Virus record (IMG/VR): IMGVR_UViG_3300049012_000071
Span: 37,653 to 101,652 of that record
Length of the DNA: 64,000 nucleotides
Direction: 5' to 3' (one strand)
Source of the DNA: a virus
Taxonomy: Duplodnaviria > Caudoviricetes
Shown here: piece by piece, positions 9,580 through 19,395 of the stretch
How positions within the stretch are numbered: position 1 is the stretch's first letter
Layout: each line of letters starts with the position of its first letter
The notes under the pieces: model-generated
The model's database searches: none
What the model was told of the DNA's origin: nothing
Seen by the model: the letters and a program-made list of their open reading frames with translations, nothing else
Position numbers and translations under genes: made by a program

Positions 9580-10061
9580 TGCTCGACGTCCTCCAGATCG
9601 CCGCGAGCATCGCGCCCGGGGACCTCGCGGCGCTCCAGGCGCACGCGTCCGAGATCGTCGCCGAGGAGATCCGCGACGCGGGCGCTCGCTTCGTCGGGCC
9701 GGAGTTGCTCTACCGGCTCGAGCACACGGCGATCCTGCACCTGCTCGTGACCGGGCTCCTCATGCGTCACGTCGAGGCGACCGAGGCCGAGCCCGTCGAG
9801 ATCGTCTCTGCCGGCCGGCGTCGCCGGTGCGCTCCTCTTCGCCGATGGCACGGACGTCTGCGCGCGCTGGCCTTCGTGACACAGCGCCGGCGCGGGCGAC
9901 GAACCCAGCTCCGCGTGCGCTGCCGTTGCGCCTGCGGAGAGATCGTCACCGTGCTGAAAGACGACCTCCGGCGCCGCAAGGTGCGGAGTTGCGGGTGCCG
10001 CCGAGACGAGCTGACGGCGCAGCGGAACCGCGAGCGAGCGGAGATGAGGAGGGCGGCTTGA
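9576..10061 (+). CDS. hypothetical protein with CxCG...SCGC module
   Basis: CRCACG...VRSCGC. Confidence 0.6.
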   Translation: MMLDVLQIAASIAPGDLAALQAHASEIVAEEIRDAGARFVGPELLYRLEHTAILHLLVTGLLMRHVEATEAEPVEIVSAGRRRRCAPLRRWHGRLRALAFVTQRRRGRRTQLRVRCRCACGEIVTVLKDDLRRRKVRSCGCRRDELTAQRNRERAEMRRAA

Positions 10062-11125
10062 GTCGCAACGATCCAATTCCTTTGCAAGAGCGCTACGGCC
10101 GCCTGCGTGTGCTGCGTCCCGCGGAAAGTGGGAAGAGCGGGCGCAGGATGGTTCTAGTTCAATGTGACTGTGGCTCTAAGCCCAAAACCGTCGCATGGAC
10201 GAACCTGCGCGACGGATTGACTAGAAGCTGCGGGTGTCTCCAAACCGAACGTGCACGAGAACGGATGAAGATTCTAGCGACAGCCACAACAAACGGCACC
10301 GCGACCGGGCGGGTACACGTGCCGCTTCAGGTTGGCGATGTGTTCGAGCGCCTCACCGTGCTCGCAAAGGCGCCAGTGAATCGCGGGGGCGTGCGCTACT
10401 GGTGCCTTTGCGAGTGCGGCAACTTCGCCTGCGTGCCAGCATGTCGACTGCGCGCGGGTCGAAGCAGGAGCTGCGGCTGCCTCGCTGTCGACGTGCGCCG
10501 GGCGAATCATGCGGCCAAGATCGCCGAAGCAGCCGCGTCGGCCACGGCGAGCATCGCATCGGCGACGCGCGAACCGCACGTCGACACAGCAGTCCATCCA
10601 GGCAATTCTGGAAAGAAGAAGCGCGCCCCAGAGAGACAGCCAGGCCAATCCGTGGAGGAGTGGTTCTGGTCGCGGACTCTGCGGGCTGCGAACGGGTGCC
10701 TGGAATGGCAGAACGCCATTCACGACACTGGGTATGGTGTTTTCGCCATCGGCAAGAAGATGTTTCGTGCACACCGGTACGCTTGGGAGATCACCAACGG
10801 ACAGATCCCGGTCGGGCTCTTCGTCTGCCACCGATGCGACAACAGGAAATGCGTAGACCCGGCTCATCTGTTTCTTGGCACGCAGATGGACAACATGCGC
10901 GACATGTCCAGCAAAGGCAGGTCGGGCAGTGTTGTACGCCCGGAAAAGTTGAGCCGCGGCAGCCACAGGTACAACGCGAAACTGTCGGAGGAAGCTGTCC
11001 GATTCATTCGCGCAGCGTACGCCGAAGGTGGCGTCACACAGAAGGAGCTTGGTCGCAAGTACGGCGTGCCGAGAGCACTGATCACTAAGGTGATCAACTG
11101 GGAAGCGTGGAGGCACGTCCAATGA
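10058..11125 (+). CDS. HNH homing-type endonuclease (two CxCG/SCGC modules, HNH, C-terminal HTH)
   Basis: AHRYAW...VCHRCDNRKCVDPAHLFLGTQMDNMRDM; TTG start overlapping upstream stop; visibly lower GC. Confidence 0.88.
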   Translation: MSRNDPIPLQERYGRLRVLRPAESGKSGRRMVLVQCDCGSKPKTVAWTNLRDGLTRSCGCLQTERARERMKILATATTNGTATGRVHVPLQVGDVFERLTVLAKAPVNRGGVRYWCLCECGNFACVPACRLRAGRSRSCGCLAVDVRRANHAAKIAEAAASATASIASATREPHVDTAVHPGNSGKKKRAPERQPGQSVEEWFWSRTLRAANGCLEWQNAIHDTGYGVFAIGKKMFRAHRYAWEITNGQIPVGLFVCHRCDNRKCVDPAHLFLGTQMDNMRDMSSKGRSGSVVRPEKLSRGSHRYNAKLSEEAVRFIRAAYAEGGVTQKELGRKYGVPRALITKVINWEAWRHVQ

Positions 11126-11760
11126 CGGCTCTGTTCGTCGTGCTGGAGTCCCCTGACGGCGCCGGCAAGTCCACCCAGGCCAAGCGCCTCGTCTCGACGC
11201 TCTCCGCCTCTGGCCGCAGTGTCGCGCTGACGGTCGAGCCCACCCACGGCCCGATCGGTCGCCGGATCCGCGAGCTGACGGTCGCCGGGTCGCAGTCCGA
11301 CCCGAAGGAGATCGCGCTGCTCTTCGCCGCCGATCGCCAGGCGCACAGCCGGAGCATCCGCGACCTCCTCGACAGCGGGGTCATCGTCGTCTGCGACCGA
11401 TACGCGCTCTCGACGGCCGTCTACCAGGGCGCCGCGTCGGGCGACCTCGAGGTGGAGCTCTGGGCCGACAGTCTCTCCCGCTACGCCTGCCCGCCGGACC
11501 TGACGCTCGTCCTGGAGGCGCCGCTCGATGTTTGCGCGGCGCGGCTGCGAGCCCGGGGGAAGCCGGCTGACCTGTTCGAGGCCGCGGAGACGCAGCGCCG
11601 GGTGCACGAGGCGTACGGCCGGGCGGAGACCTTCCTGTGGGGCGAGACGGTGCAGCGCATCGACGCGACCGGCACCGAAGACGAGGTGGCGGCGCGGGTG
11701 CTGGAAGCGGTGGAGCGGAGGCTTGCTGAGGGGCCGGCGGCGGAGAGGAGCGCCGGGTGA
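11122..11760 (+). CDS. tmk: thymidylate kinase
   Basis: P-loop DGAGKSTQ, EP, LLFAADR, VVCDRY..S..VYQ, PDLT. Confidence 0.92.
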   Translation: MTALFVVLESPDGAGKSTQAKRLVSTLSASGRSVALTVEPTHGPIGRRIRELTVAGSQSDPKEIALLFAADRQAHSRSIRDLLDSGVIVVCDRYALSTAVYQGAASGDLEVELWADSLSRYACPPDLTLVLEAPLDVCAARLRARGKPADLFEAAETQRRVHEAYGRAETFLWGETVQRIDATGTEDEVAARVLEAVERRLAEGPAAERSAG

Positions 11761-11878
11761 TGCAACACCGATGCTCTCGGATTGGCCACCTTCTCTCATG
11801 GCGCCTCGGCTCCGCGCGTGACAGAGTCCGCTTCTGCGTCGAATCCGCTCATGTCGGCACGCACTCCGGAGGTGGCCT

Positions 11879-12412
11879 TTGAGCCAAAGCATTCTCTTCA
11901 CCGAGCCGCGGACGTCAGACGCGCGCATCAGCAGCTGCGGTCGGTACCGGTACTGGCTCATGCGGCGCTGGGCACCTGGCCAGCGGATGCTCTACGTGAT
12001 GCTCAATCCGAGCACTGCCGACGCGTCGCTCGACGACCCGACGATCCGCCGCTGCATCGGCTTCGCGAAGGCGCTCGGCTTTGGCGGCCTCGAGGTGGTG
12101 AACCTGTTCGCCTGGAGATCGACGAGCCCGGACGCCATGTTCGGCGTGGCTCGGGGTGGGCAGGACATCGTCGGCCCGGACTGCGACACGACGATCCTCG
12201 ATGCCGCCCGCGGGGCCGGACTGGTTGTCGCGGCGTGGGGTGCCGACCATCGGGCCTCCGAGCGCGCATCCGCGGTGCTCGCCATGATCTCCAACGTTGC
12301 CGACGTCCACTGCTTGGGGCGCTCGGGAAGCGGCGCGCCTCGACACCCGCTCTACCTGCCAGGTGCGGCGCGCCCTGAACTCTTCCGCGCGAAGGAGGCT
12401 GGTGCGTCATGA
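11879..12412 (+). CDS. DUF1643 family protein
   Basis: CGRYRYWL.R.W, VMLNPSTADA..DDPTIRRC, NLFA, AAWG, PRHPLY. Confidence 0.88.
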   Translation: MSQSILFTEPRTSDARISSCGRYRYWLMRRWAPGQRMLYVMLNPSTADASLDDPTIRRCIGFAKALGFGGLEVVNLFAWRSTSPDAMFGVARGGQDIVGPDCDTTILDAARGAGLVVAAWGADHRASERASAVLAMISNVADVHCLGRSGSGAPRHPLYLPGAARPELFRAKEAGAS

Positions 12413-12582
12413 CGGAGCATAGACCCTGGTGCCCGCTGCTCGGCGGCGGCCGGTGCGCATGCGCGGAGACGCGCGACGACAGGACGCTCGACCTGTTCGC
12501 GGGCGTGGAGCAGCCTGGTCTCGCGGAGGCGCTGGCTCTGGTCGAGGAAGCGGTCAAGCGCGCATCCAAGGAGGATCCGTGA
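12409..12582 (+). CDS. small hypothetical protein
   Basis: ATGA/GTGA overlaps; RTLDLF. Confidence 0.5.
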   Translation: MTEHRPWCPLLGGGRCACAETRDDRTLDLFAGVEQPGLAEALALVEEAVKRASKEDP

Positions 12583-13232
12583 AGCGCGCCGCATTTCGCC
12601 GCCGCAAGGCTGCTGCTCCGTCCGGTGCCGCGGCGACGAAGCGGCCGAAGAAGCCGGCGAAGGCGTTCGACGTGGCCGCCGCGATCGCGTTCGTCGATGC
12701 GCGCCTCGCCGAGCCGCCTCCGCCGGAGAAGCGTCTCAAGGCCGGCCGCGTGCGCCCCGGTGTGCGGCGCGTGGAGGGGGCTGGAGCCTGCATCCTCCGG
12801 TGCGTCCTGCCGCTTGAGGACGCCCCGACAGCGAACCGGCTGATCGAACTCGGTCGAATCGGCCCGTGGGCGCTCGCGAAGCTCAAGAAGCGGGTGCTCT
12901 CGCGGATGCTGCTCCAGGTTCGCGCCCGCGCCGCCAAGCCACTCCAGGGCCGAGCGATGGTCCGCATGGTGCGTTTCACGCACACCGCCCAGGACTACGA
13001 CACGAGCTGGACCAAGATCCCGCTCGACCGCCTCCAGGTCGGCAAGCGCGAGAGGCCGGAGCACCTGACCGCGGAGCAGTGGTCCTCCGTGCAGGCGCAG
13101 TTGGGCCTCGCCGAACTCGGCTACATCCGCGGCGACTCGCAGCACGAGATCGACTTGGCCGCCTGGAGCGAGCCCGCGCCGCCAGGCCGGGGCTGCGTGC
13201 TGGTCGAGGTGTGGACGGGGAGGGTGGGGTGA
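12579..13232 (+). CDS. RusA-like Holliday junction resolvase (divergent)
   Basis: PTAN...DYD...K.PLD.L...GYIRGDS spacing resembles RusA. Confidence 0.55.
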   Translation: MKRAAFRRRKAAAPSGAAATKRPKKPAKAFDVAAAIAFVDARLAEPPPPEKRLKAGRVRPGVRRVEGAGACILRCVLPLEDAPTANRLIELGRIGPWALAKLKKRVLSRMLLQVRARAAKPLQGRAMVRMVRFTHTAQDYDTSWTKIPLDRLQVGKRERPEHLTAEQWSSVQAQLGLAELGYIRGDSQHEIDLAAWSEPAPPGRGCVLVEVWTGRVG

Positions 13233-13918
13233 AAGAGCCGTTTCGCGTTCTGCTCGCCGACCCGCCGTGGCTCTTCCGGGACAAGCTGCCTGGTCGCGGC
13301 CGTGGGGCCAGCAAGCACTACAGCTGCATGGGAATCGATGCGCTGAAGCGCTTCGAGCTCCCGCCGCTCGCCGACGACTGCGCGCTCTTCCTCTGGCGCT
13401 GCTCGGCCATGCCGCAAGAGGCGCTCGACCTCATCAAGGCGTGGGGCTTCACCGTCAAGAGCGAGATCGTCTGGGAGAAGTGCAGGCCGTGCGGCCCGTG
13501 CAAGGGCGCCGGCGCGGTCGTCCGCCGAGGCGCTAAGTCGAAGTGCCGCGGCTGCAACGGTCTCGGGGTGCGCCCGTTCTTCGGCATGGGCCGCTACGTG
13601 CGGAACAGCCACGAGACGTGCCACATCGCCGTTCGCGGCCGGCCGCAGCGTCGCAACGCAACCTCGGCGCGGAACATCCTGTCGCGGTTCGCCGCCCCGA
13701 TGCCGATTGGCGCCAACGGCCGCCCGATCCACAGCGCGAAGCCCGACGCGATCCACCAGTTCATCGAGCGGATGTACCCGGGCCCGTACGTTGAAATCTT
13801 CGCCAGGAGGCACCGGCCCGGGTGGGTGTGCCTCGGGGATGAACTGCCAGGCCAGAAAAGCGAAACGCCGGCGGGTGGAGCCGCCGGCGTCTCAGGTGCG
13901 GAGGTAACGCAGCGATGA
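13229..13918 (+). CDS. MT-A70 family N6-adenine methyltransferase with inserted Zn finger
   Basis: LLADPPW, LFLW, AWGF, GMGRYVRNSHE, HSAKP, EIFAR. Confidence 0.9.
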   Translation: MKEPFRVLLADPPWLFRDKLPGRGRGASKHYSCMGIDALKRFELPPLADDCALFLWRCSAMPQEALDLIKAWGFTVKSEIVWEKCRPCGPCKGAGAVVRRGAKSKCRGCNGLGVRPFFGMGRYVRNSHETCHIAVRGRPQRRNATSARNILSRFAAPMPIGANGRPIHSAKPDAIHQFIERMYPGPYVEIFARRHRPGWVCLGDELPGQKSETPAGGAAGVSGAEVTQR

Positions 13919-14250
13919 AGGTCTTACAGCAGCAGAAGGAACACGTCAAGGCGCTCCGGCAGAAGCTCGATGAGCTGGAGACTCGCGGCCTCCTCCAGGA
14001 CGTCAGGCTCATCTGCTCGCGGGAGGGCGCGATCGTCGAGGAGATCTTCGGCGACCGTCGCAGCGCCCACATCGCGCGGGCGCGCCGCATGGTCTGGTGG
14101 GAGCTCAAGGACCGCGGCTGGACGTACGCCTTCATCGGCGAGTTCTTCAACCGCGAGCACTCGACAGTGATGAGCGGCATCCAGCGCGCGGCGCGGGAGC
14201 TGGGACTCAAGGCGCTGCCTGGGGCGCGCGCGATGAAGGAGGCGGCGTAG
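13915..14250 (+). CDS. DnaA C-terminal-like HTH protein
   Basis: ARARRMVWW...IGEFFNREHSTVM. Confidence 0.75.
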   Translation: MKVLQQQKEHVKALRQKLDELETRGLLQDVRLICSREGAIVEEIFGDRRSAHIARARRMVWWELKDRGWTYAFIGEFFNREHSTVMSGIQRAARELGLKALPGARAMKEAA

Positions 14251-14961
14251 ATGGGAAGCGTTCGACGCGTCGATCCATGGAACCACAGGCAGCGTCCGGC
14301 TCTCCTTCGCCTCATCAGGCTGACCGAGAGCCCGGCCGAGGCGCTGCTCCTCCCCGCGCTGCTCGCCCACGGTGGCCCCGAAGCGCACGTGATCGGTCCG
14401 GCGGGGCACTGGACCCTGGAGGCGCAGGTCAGCGTCCAGACGCGCGGCCGCGCGTACCGGGTCGACTTCGCTGCAACCTGGGGCGATCGCAAAGTCGCCA
14501 TCGAGGTCGACGGATGGGCGCACCATCACGCGACTGAGGACCAGGAGTGCTACGACGCGACCCGCGACTGGGCCATGGGCAACGTCGGCTGGGTCGTGAT
14601 CCGCCTCGATGCCTACAGGGTCTTCAAAGACCCAATGGGTTGCGCCGCTGAGGTGGCCGAGCAGCTGCACCAGGTCGATATCCAGGCGCGGACGGTGGCG
14701 AAGACGCCGGTCGAGCATCAGACGGAGGAGGAGTTCGCGGCCCTCGTCCTCGAGTGGGAGGGCTACATCGCCGAGTGCGAGAAGAACGGCTACCCGGAGG
14801 GCGCCGCCGAGAACCGTCGGAAGCTCGACCGCATGAAGATGGCGCGGTCGAAGGCGAAGGCGGTGCGAGACATGGTCAAGGCGGCCGGGTCCAGCGAAGG
14901 TGAAAACGAAATCCTGCGAAAGCTCTTCTCCGAGCGCGCGCGTCAAAAGGGGCTGGAGTGA
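14251..14961 (+). CDS. DUF559/Vsr-like endonuclease
   Basis: ESPAE, YRVDFA, VAIEVDG..HH, RD......GWVVIR. Confidence 0.8.
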   Translation: MGSVRRVDPWNHRQRPALLRLIRLTESPAEALLLPALLAHGGPEAHVIGPAGHWTLEAQVSVQTRGRAYRVDFAATWGDRKVAIEVDGWAHHHATEDQECYDATRDWAMGNVGWVVIRLDAYRVFKDPMGCAAEVAEQLHQVDIQARTVAKTPVEHQTEEEFAALVLEWEGYIAECEKNGYPEGAAENRRKLDRMKMARSKAKAVRDMVKAAGSSEGENEILRKLFSERARQKGLE

Positions 14962-16592
14962 TGGCGGCACCCGACCTGTTTTCGAAGGTCTCGCGGCGGA
15001 TGTGGCGCGACGAGAAGTTCGTCGCCCTCAGTGCTCCGCCGCCGAACGCGCGCGACCTATGGGTCTACCTGCTGACCGGTCCGCACAACGGGACGATCCC
15101 CGGCCTCTTCGTGCTGGGCGAGCTCGCGCTTGCCGAGGACATGGAGTGGGACCCCGAGCCGACCCGATCCTGTCTCCATGAGATCCTCGCGAAGGGGATG
15201 GCCCGCTTCGACCGGAAGCGGCGCCTCTTCTGGCTGCCGAACGCCATCGCCCACAACCTGCCGCGGAGCCCGAAGCAGGTGATCGGGTGGTCCAAGGCAT
15301 GGAAGCTGCTACCCGAGTGCTCGCTCCTGGCCGAGGCTGCGGCGGGCATCCGGGGGCATCTTGCCGCGAAGAGCCCCAAGCTGGCCGAGGCATTCGACCA
15401 GGTGGTCATGGGCCTGGTCGAGCCAGTCGACTCGTCCGGTGAGCTCGACCTTGGCGACGAGGTGGATCCTCCGCCCCCCACAGCCAGGTCCGCTACCTCA
15501 GAAACCCGCGGGATTTCTCTATCGGATAGAGAACGCGATTCCTATCCGATAGAGAACGCGGTTCCTATCCGATTCCAAGAGCAAGAGAAAGAGCAAGAGA
15601 AAGATCCCCCCTTCGGGGGAGTACGCGCGTGCGCGCGGGAGGCACCCTCTGGGGTGGGCGAGGACCGTTCTGGGTTCGGCGACTCGCCGGCGGGCCAGGA
15701 GCGGCGCGACGTCCAGCGTGACGAGCCGGAGGCCGAGGGGTCCCGCATCGGCGCGTCCACGGGGCAGCGGCGTGGGGGGGATTGGCAGCGACGCTCTGGG
15801 GCCGCAGCACGCTCGACGGTCGAGTCCGACGAGGAGCGGGCGATCCTCCAGATGCTCAGGTCCATCCCGAGCCTCCGGTCGGTGGCCAACGGCGGCCTGG
15901 CATGCCGGATCGCTGACCACGTAGCCGGGGGCCCGCACACCGGGAAGCTTCCGCTGGAGGACGCCATGCTGGCCGTGCAGCGCGCTGGCGAGCGGGAGGC
16001 CGACGAGGCGGCCGGCAGGGGCATCGGGCGGGAACAGGGGCAGCTCTCTGGGTTCGTGATGTCCTTCGTGAAGTCGCAGCAGATCGGCGAGGCGCGGGCG
16101 GTGGCCGCGCGCGAAGCGGCTCTCGACCCTGGCCTGGTCACCCGCTTTCGGGAGTACTTCGACAAGGAGTGGTCGAAGGCCAAGCGCGGGCGCACGAGAG
16201 CTCACGCTGCCGGCGACGCGGATCACGCCGAGCGCCTGGCGCTGCTCGCGCAAGATGGGGCCACGCGCGCCGGCGGAGGCATATCGGCGGAGGCTGTCTT
16301 GGCGCACTGGACCCACGAGCACCTCAGGTGCATGGAGAAGTTCATCGCCGACGCGGACCACCCGCTGCGCCTGATGGCGAGCCGCGTGGACAGCTACGGC
16401 TTGCCTCGGCCGAAGGCCGCCCGCGCGGTCGAGCAGACCACGAGCGCCAGGCCGCCGGCCAGCAGCCCCGAGGACGCGGCTGCCGCGCTGCACCGGATGA
16501 AGGCTGGCGCCGCAGCTGCGCGCGCTGCCTTGACCCAGCAGGTCGGGTCCGTCGACGCCTACGCGCCTCGCCGCGCGATGGGGGCCCAATGA
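14958..16592 (+). CDS. phage replication initiator protein
   Basis: N-terminal MWRDEKF.ALS...LWVYLLTGPH wHTH; internal iterons; upstream of dnaB. Confidence 0.75.
   Translation: MMAAPDLFSKVSRRMWRDEKFVALSAPPPNARDLWVYLLTGPHNGTIPGLFVLGELALAEDMEWDPEPTRSCLHEILAKGMARFDRKRRLFWLPNAIAHNLPRSPKQVIGWSKAWKLLPECSLLAEAAAGIRGHLAAKSPKLAEAFDQVVMGLVEPVDSSGELDLGDEVDPPPPTARSATSETRGISLSDRERDSYPIENAVPIRFQEQEKEQEKDPPFGGVRACAREAPSGVGEDRSGFGDSPAGQERRDVQRDEPEAEGSRIGASTGQRRGGDWQRRSGAAARSTVESDEERAILQMLRSIPSLRSVANGGLACRIADHVAGGPHTGKLPLEDAMLAVQRAGEREADEAAGRGIGREQGQLSGFVMSFVKSQQIGEARAVAAREAALDPGLVTRFREYFDKEWSKAKRGRTRAHAAGDADHAERLALLAQDGATRAGGGISAEAVLAHWTHEHLRCMEKFIADADHPLRLMASRVDSYGLPRPKAARAVEQTTSARPPASSPEDAAAALHRMKAGAAAARAALTQQVGSVDAYAPRRAMGAQ
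15519..15603. repeat. putative replication origin: 23-bp-period iterons plus A-rich tract
   Basis: CTATC(G/C)GAT at 15519, 15542 and 15565 with AGAGAACGCG.TTC spacers, then (GAGCAAGAGAAA)x2. Confidence 0.7.
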
Positions 16593-18106
16593 GGGGCAGC
16601 CGTCTCGCTCGGAACATCCGCGATCGCGGCGAGGCCGGAGCTCGCCCTCAGCGCGTCGCGGGGAAGGTTGCTCAGATCGACCTGCACCTCGAGGGAGGCG
16701 TCCTCGGCACGTGCCTAACGGTCGAGCAGCGGCGGACCGAGGCGCTTGAGTACGTGCGCCCGGAGTACTTCTGGAGCGGGCCGAACGAGTGGCTTTTCCG
16801 GGCGATCGTTGACCTGAGCCTGACTGGCTCGGTCGTTGACGCGATCTCGCTCGCTGCTTGGCTCAAGGACCGCGGGCGATTCGAGGTGGTCGGCGGCTTC
16901 GAGTACATGAAGGAACTCAGCAATACATTCGCCGAGGTCCACGACATGCGCTCTGCCGGAAAGCGGCTCTGCGATCTGTGGCGCATGCGGCGTGTCATCG
17001 AGGTGTGTACGCGCGCGAACGCGGAAGCGTACGCCGACGAGGTGGACGACAGGAGCGCGTGGATCGAGCGCGTGGAGGCGTCCATCTACGAGGTGGCGCA
17101 CCCGGTCGAGCGATCTGAAGTCAAGCACATCAACGACGTTCTCAAGGTGTCGTTCGATCGGATGGTCGCCGCAGCCGAATCGGGGCAGAGGATGCGCGGT
17201 ATCCCCACGAGGTACGATCTACTGGACGCGATGCTCGCGGGGCTGCACGACGGCGCCCTCACGCTCGTGGCCGGTAGGCCAGGTCAAGGGAAGACGTCGT
17301 TTGCTTTGAACCTAGCCGTGAATGTCGCGTCGCCACGCAAGGCGGCAGTGGCCGATGGTGCTACCGGCGAGCTGCGCGACGTCGACGCCCCGGGGTTCGG
17401 CGTTGCGGTGTTCTCGCTGGAGATGATGAAGGAAGAGCTCGGCGAGAAGATGGCTTGCTGCGAGGGGCGCGTCGACATGGAGCGCCTCCGCACCGGTATG
17501 GCGCAGCCGGACGATTGGCGACGCTTGACCGATGCGTCCCAGTATTTGTCGACGCTGCCGATTTGGATCGACGAGCAGACGTCGACCACGCTCCTCGAGA
17601 TTCGGTCGAAGCTGCGGCGGATTCAGGCGCAGTGGAACCGGCCGGCAACGGACGGGCAGCCAGAGCGCCGGATCGGACTCGTGGTGATCGACTACATCCA
17701 GCTTATGAAGGGGTCCGGTGAGACGGATAGCCGCGAGCAGGAGGTGGCCGAGATATCGCGCGGGCTCAAGCAGCTGGCCAAGGACTTCAAGGTGCCGGTG
17801 GTGGCGCTGTCGCAGCTAAACAGAAGGGTCGAACAGCGGAGCGACAAGAATAAGCGGCCGCAGCTCTCCGACCTCCGCGAGTCGGGATCGCTGGAGCAGG
17901 ACGCGGACAACGTGCTTTTCGTTCATCGCGAGGAGTACTATCTCGGCGCCGACACGCCCGCGGATCTCAAGGGCATCGCTGAGATCATCGTCGCGAAGCA
18001 AAGAAATGGGCCGACTGGCAAGGTACTGATGCGTTTCGCGAAGGCGTACACGCGCTTCGATACGCTTCAGCGCCATGAGTACCCCGACGGGCTTTGCGAT
18101 GAATAA
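16589..18106 (+). CDS. dnaB: replicative DNA helicase DnaB
   Basis: AGRPGQGKT, FSLEM, VIDYIQL, LSQLNR, DLRESGSLEQDAD, KQRNGPTG. Confidence 0.97.
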   Translation: MRGSRLARNIRDRGEAGARPQRVAGKVAQIDLHLEGGVLGTCLTVEQRRTEALEYVRPEYFWSGPNEWLFRAIVDLSLTGSVVDAISLAAWLKDRGRFEVVGGFEYMKELSNTFAEVHDMRSAGKRLCDLWRMRRVIEVCTRANAEAYADEVDDRSAWIERVEASIYEVAHPVERSEVKHINDVLKVSFDRMVAAAESGQRMRGIPTRYDLLDAMLAGLHDGALTLVAGRPGQGKTSFALNLAVNVASPRKAAVADGATGELRDVDAPGFGVAVFSLEMMKEELGEKMACCEGRVDMERLRTGMAQPDDWRRLTDASQYLSTLPIWIDEQTSTTLLEIRSKLRRIQAQWNRPATDGQPERRIGLVVIDYIQLMKGSGETDSREQEVAEISRGLKQLAKDFKVPVVALSQLNRRVEQRSDKNKRPQLSDLRESGSLEQDADNVLFVHREEYYLGADTPADLKGIAEIIVAKQRNGPTGKVLMRFAKAYTRFDTLQRHEYPDGLCDE

Positions 18107-18190
18107 CCACTCCCGCCTTGCCCTCCCAACCCCATCTGCTAAACCCCACTTGCGCAGCCTGGAGACAGTGAGCGCGGAGGAGAATTGACG

Positions 18191-18520
18191 ATGTGTGTTG
18201 TCTCGATGGTTCATGACCACTTCGAGCCGAAGATTCCGTCGGATTGGAACCCGCACGGCATCCAGATCGGTCCGGCTGTCACGCCGCCGTTCGTGATTCC
18301 AGTGCCAGTCGATGCAGCGACCGTCGAGGCGCTGCGTGCGGAGATCGCGAACCTGACGAAGGTGGTTGCCGACTTCAAGACCGCCGTGGAGGCCGCCCGC
18401 AAGGTCGACTCGCTCACCGCACAGCCAGACTGCGCGGACCCCGAGAAGGCGAAGCTGGAGGCTCGGGTCGCGGAGCTTGAGCGGCGCCTCGACGCCGTGT
18501 CGAGGGCGCTCGGAGCGTGA
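18191..18520 (+). CDS. hypothetical coiled-coil protein
   Basis: GGAGGAG RBS. Confidence 0.6.
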   Translation: MCVVSMVHDHFEPKIPSDWNPHGIQIGPAVTPPFVIPVPVDAATVEALRAEIANLTKVVADFKTAVEAARKVDSLTAQPDCADPEKAKLEARVAELERRLDAVSRALGA

Positions 18521-19395
18521 TGCTGGTCCCTGTAACCGACCTTCTCGTCTCCTCGTCGCACCACGCGGCCAGCGACTCCCTCAAGGACGCCGACAACCTC
18601 GCCTTTCTCGCCGACCAGCCTGCCGACGTGCGCGCGGTGTGGATCGAGCGCTGCCGGCTGCTGCGGTGGGTCGACCAGCTGGCGGAGAGCGACCGGTGGG
18701 CGTTCGCCCAGTTCGTGCGGCAGTGGCTGAGGGTGACGACGCAAGGCGCCGCTGGCCCTGGAGGCCTGGAGGAGATGGCGTTCGCCGTGCGTGCGGCGTG
18801 GGGGCACGGCTACGCGGGACGCAGGGTGCTGGCATGGTCCACGTGGCTGCATGCCATCGCCGCCGACTACGGCAGTTCCCTGGCGCCTGTGACGCTCGAG
18901 CAGCACGACGCGATGGTGGAGCACGTCGGCGGCTTCTTCCGGCTCTTCCCGTACCTGACGGCGGATCGGTGGGAGGCGATCGGCGCGTTCGGCGCGCTCG
19001 ACCAAGCCTGGAACAACGTGCGCGACATCGCCGAGGATGCCGCGGCGGGCAAGTGTTACTTCCCGGAGCAGGAGCTCTACCGATTCGGCATCGATCGCCA
19101 GGTTGTTCTGGATACGTCGTACAGCCGGGGTGTCGGGTGGCGCCGCTTCGCTGCGTGGTGGCTCTCCGAGTACCTCCCCACGCTCCGCGAGCGCGCCCGT
19201 CCGTTCCTCTCGGCCACGGACCTGCACCCGTCCGTCGAGGCGATGCGCGACGCAAGCCTGCGCCGGTACGCGCGGGTCGAGCGGGTGCTGCGGGGGCTGG
19301 ACTTCGACTACCGCGCCTTCCCCGAGGCGTACGAGGGCGAGGTGAAGCGGGAGATCGGGGAGATGGCGATGGGCTCGAAGGAGATCACGACGTGA
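18517..19395 (+). CDS. squalene/phytoene synthase-like protein (isoprenoid synthase fold)
   Basis: DQAWNNVRDIAEDAAAGKCYFPEQELYRFGI matches the SQS/PSY QxxNxxRDxxED...Y.P motif. Confidence 0.7.
   Translation: MMLVPVTDLLVSSSHHAASDSLKDADNLAFLADQPADVRAVWIERCRLLRWVDQLAESDRWAFAQFVRQWLRVTTQGAAGPGGLEEMAFAVRAAWGHGYAGRRVLAWSTWLHAIAADYGSSLAPVTLEQHDAMVEHVGGFFRLFPYLTADRWEAIGAFGALDQAWNNVRDIAEDAAAGKCYFPEQELYRFGIDRQVVLDTSYSRGVGWRRFAAWWLSEYLPTLRERARPFLSATDLHPSVEAMRDASLRRYARVERVLRGLDFDYRAFPEAYEGEVKREIGEMAMGSKEITT

Noticed and set aside
16589-18106. Intein in DnaB (or terL)
   Set aside because: Normal lengths, only short insertions, and no intein splice motifs
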